Source: Diplonema japonicum
Lineage: Eukaryota > Protista > Euglenozoa: Diplonemea
Reading direction: 5' to 3'
Length of the DNA: 64,000 nt
NCBI GenBank assembly: GCA_964019335.1
Contig: OZ025698.1
Location: 1-64,000, forward strand
The notes under the pieces: model-generated
Told to the model about the DNA's origin: nothing
What the model saw: only the letters and a program-made list of their open reading frames with translations
The model's database searches: none
Position numbers and translations under genes: made by a program
Shown here: positions 61,825 to 64,000 of the stretch, piece by piece
How positions within the stretch are numbered: position 1 is the first letter of the stretch
Layout of the letters: each line of letters opens with the position of its first letter

Positions 61825-62182
61825 AAAGAAAGAAAGCCTGTCGCAGCCGTCCTGTCAGGCCAATAATGTAAAAGTAATAAGAATATTTTAATGGCGTTCA
61901 ATTTCTCATTCTTTTTTTTTTCTTCCCTCTCAATTCGGTGACTCGAGAAAATGGGCACAAACACCAAAATCAGATTATGGCAGTGAGTATTATGAAATTT
62001 CTTATAGCTTTCTTAGTGTCTAAACAACCTTTCCTGTGACAGTATTGTAGATATCGCAGTCACAGCAATGACAATAGGGTGCTCTACTTACTAGCTACTA
62101 TCTGAGCTGGGGTCCCACGTTGTTCCGAGGTTCCAAAGATAATAGGGCTTCCGTAGTGAAGAAATTTCTGAAAAGCGAGATT

Positions 62183-64000
62183 AAAAAAAAAAAAAAAAAA
62201 AACTCGATAAAATTTCAGTGTGCATGGGGGTGCTCACTGTTCAGGTAGAAATTCACACTAATCGGTCACCGTTCTGCGGTTGCTGTCTGGTGCCTGCGGT
62301 GGCTGTTTGTCGCGATGAGATGGACGGCATCTGGGCGAGAAACATTGCTTGGAGTCGTAGGTAGGGGGGGGTTTGGCTCGAGGAGAAGAGTGGTCTCCTG
62401 TCGTAGCCGTGTGCCGTCGGGCCCCCAAGATGTCGAAGGGTATGCACCCTTGATTTGGCGTTGGCGGGGAAGGCTGACCTTCCACAGCGTGCTGAGCATT
62501 TCTGGATGCGACCCAAGATGTATCGCATCCTTGCGGCCTTCTCCGTGAGCAGGTCTTGATCGTCGAGGGGACCTATGAGTGACCGGCGGGTGGTCTGCTC
62601 ATAGTCTATGGCGAGTTCCATTGTAGTGACGGAAGTTTTCTTCTTACCATCGTACCATCGTAGGCCTCTTAGCCACTTGAGGACGTTCTTCAGATGAAAG
62701 GTCAGGACCGCGCCTGACGCCCCGTTCGCCTTCAGCAACGCTTCCGTCGGAACATCATGTTGCCTCCCTGTCGTTACCTCATCCCAAGGGTTGGAGGTGA
62801 GCACTCTCTTGCTTTTTTCCGCTGCTCTGGCGTCACGGACCGTCACTACTTTCAGGAGGTATTGTTGCACCATCCTGGCACGTTCTTTCCCTGCTTTGTC
62901 GGCTCCTCTTGGGACTATCCCGTGAAGGGCTGTGGCAGCTGGGAGGCCTTCTCGCTTCACCTCTGCGTATTGCTCGCTTTCCAACACACTCCTTGCCGGC
63001 TCGCACTCCCACAGTGCATGCTCCGTCATGCTGGTCGTTGTCTGGGACCGGTGGTCGCAAACGTCACACGCTAATGCTGGGTTTTCCACACCAGGGCCAT
63101 CCAATTTTCTCCCCCACACCCTCGGGTGAGTCGTGAACACTGCACCACTAATGATGCGCCGCAACCTAAAGGACACCAACGGTCTCCGGGCCTGGAGCTT
63201 TTTCCACCAATAGTTCGTGGACGGGCGCGCCCCTGCCTCCATCCCCACGAAGGTTGATCTCTTCTCGATCAGCCTCTTCGCAACTGCCGGTCTGATGGCT
63301 TGCCTCACTTTGTGAGCCACCGCTGTATCTCCGTGCAGGTCGGCCACAAAGGACCATCCCTTCCCCAGAAAGGGGAGCCATCTGTTCCGCAGGACTCCAA
63401 TCGGACCCATCACCTCATCGTCATCACGGTCCTGGTATAGACCAATGATCTCACCAACACGCTGCCGCAAACGCGGAGAGGCCAGGCTCTCCCGGACCAA
63501 GCTGTTTATCGTTCCGTAGATGACCTTCGACAGCGGATGTGCCGTATGCCCTGGCAGCAGAACGTTCAGTACAGACACGGGGTTTCCCTTCCCGAACTGG
63601 GGGCCCCACAGGGAGACCACTGCCGCTGTACACTTCTTCAGCTGGTCGTCCGAGGGTGCCGCATACGTTGCTCCGTACAGACACGACGGTAGCACAGTGC
63701 TCGTCAACATCGTCGACTTGTTCTCAAACCCTAGTGGCAAAGCTCCGAGACGGGTCAGGCGTCCCTCCGCTGCGTCCAGCTTGTCCAGCCTGTGATTCCC
63801 ATCCATGCTCAGGTTCACGCCAAGTGATTTGATCTCCCTAGTTACCTTGAACGAGGAACCGGTGCATACTAAACTAGGGCCGATCTCGTTTTTCGTCGAG
63901 AATCCCTGCGACTTCTTTCCGTTGAGGCGCATCTCTGTCCGGTCCCCGAACTCGATCACCTTGTTGGTCGCCCTTGTCAGGACCTCCGCTAAACGCGCCA
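62183..64000 (-). mobile_element. LINE-D, C-terminal part and 3' end (continues beyond window)
   Basis: Post-RT KSLGV, CDVCD...HALWEC and ELAIDYE motifs homologous to LINE-A/C; ORF open over 568 aa. Confidence 0.9.

Overview
Eukaryotic, repeat-saturated DNA. Style suggests a euglenozoan protist, possibly a diplonemid (inference from the U6 5' end, the PPT-repeat surface protein and a polypyrimidine-AG just upstream of an ATG). It starts with a (GGGTTTGC)n array. Apparently intact genes: a large PPTPS-repeat type I membrane protein, a U6 snRNA, and one member of a mostly pseudogenised ubiquitin-like(Ubl)-LRR(-CaaX) family. The rest is nested mobile DNA: APE/RT non-LTR retrotransposons (one with a 2A-like motif), several TTAA-flanked piggyBac elements, an intron-containing pogo transposase, MITEs and hairpin repeats. 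The best candidate for an undescribed system is a pair of related retroposed families, here called J-A and J-B (6 copies). They show 5' truncation, 5-18 bp target-site duplications (TSDs) in 4 of 6 copies, and fixed non-poly(A) 3' ends. Their retained 3' ORF has no RT; it encodes a Josephin-like cysteine protease domain, a SIM-like IDLT motif, a basic NLS-like patch and a second, catalytically dead Josephin-like domain, followed by two covarying RNA structures. All domain calls are by-eye motif recognition; no searches were run.
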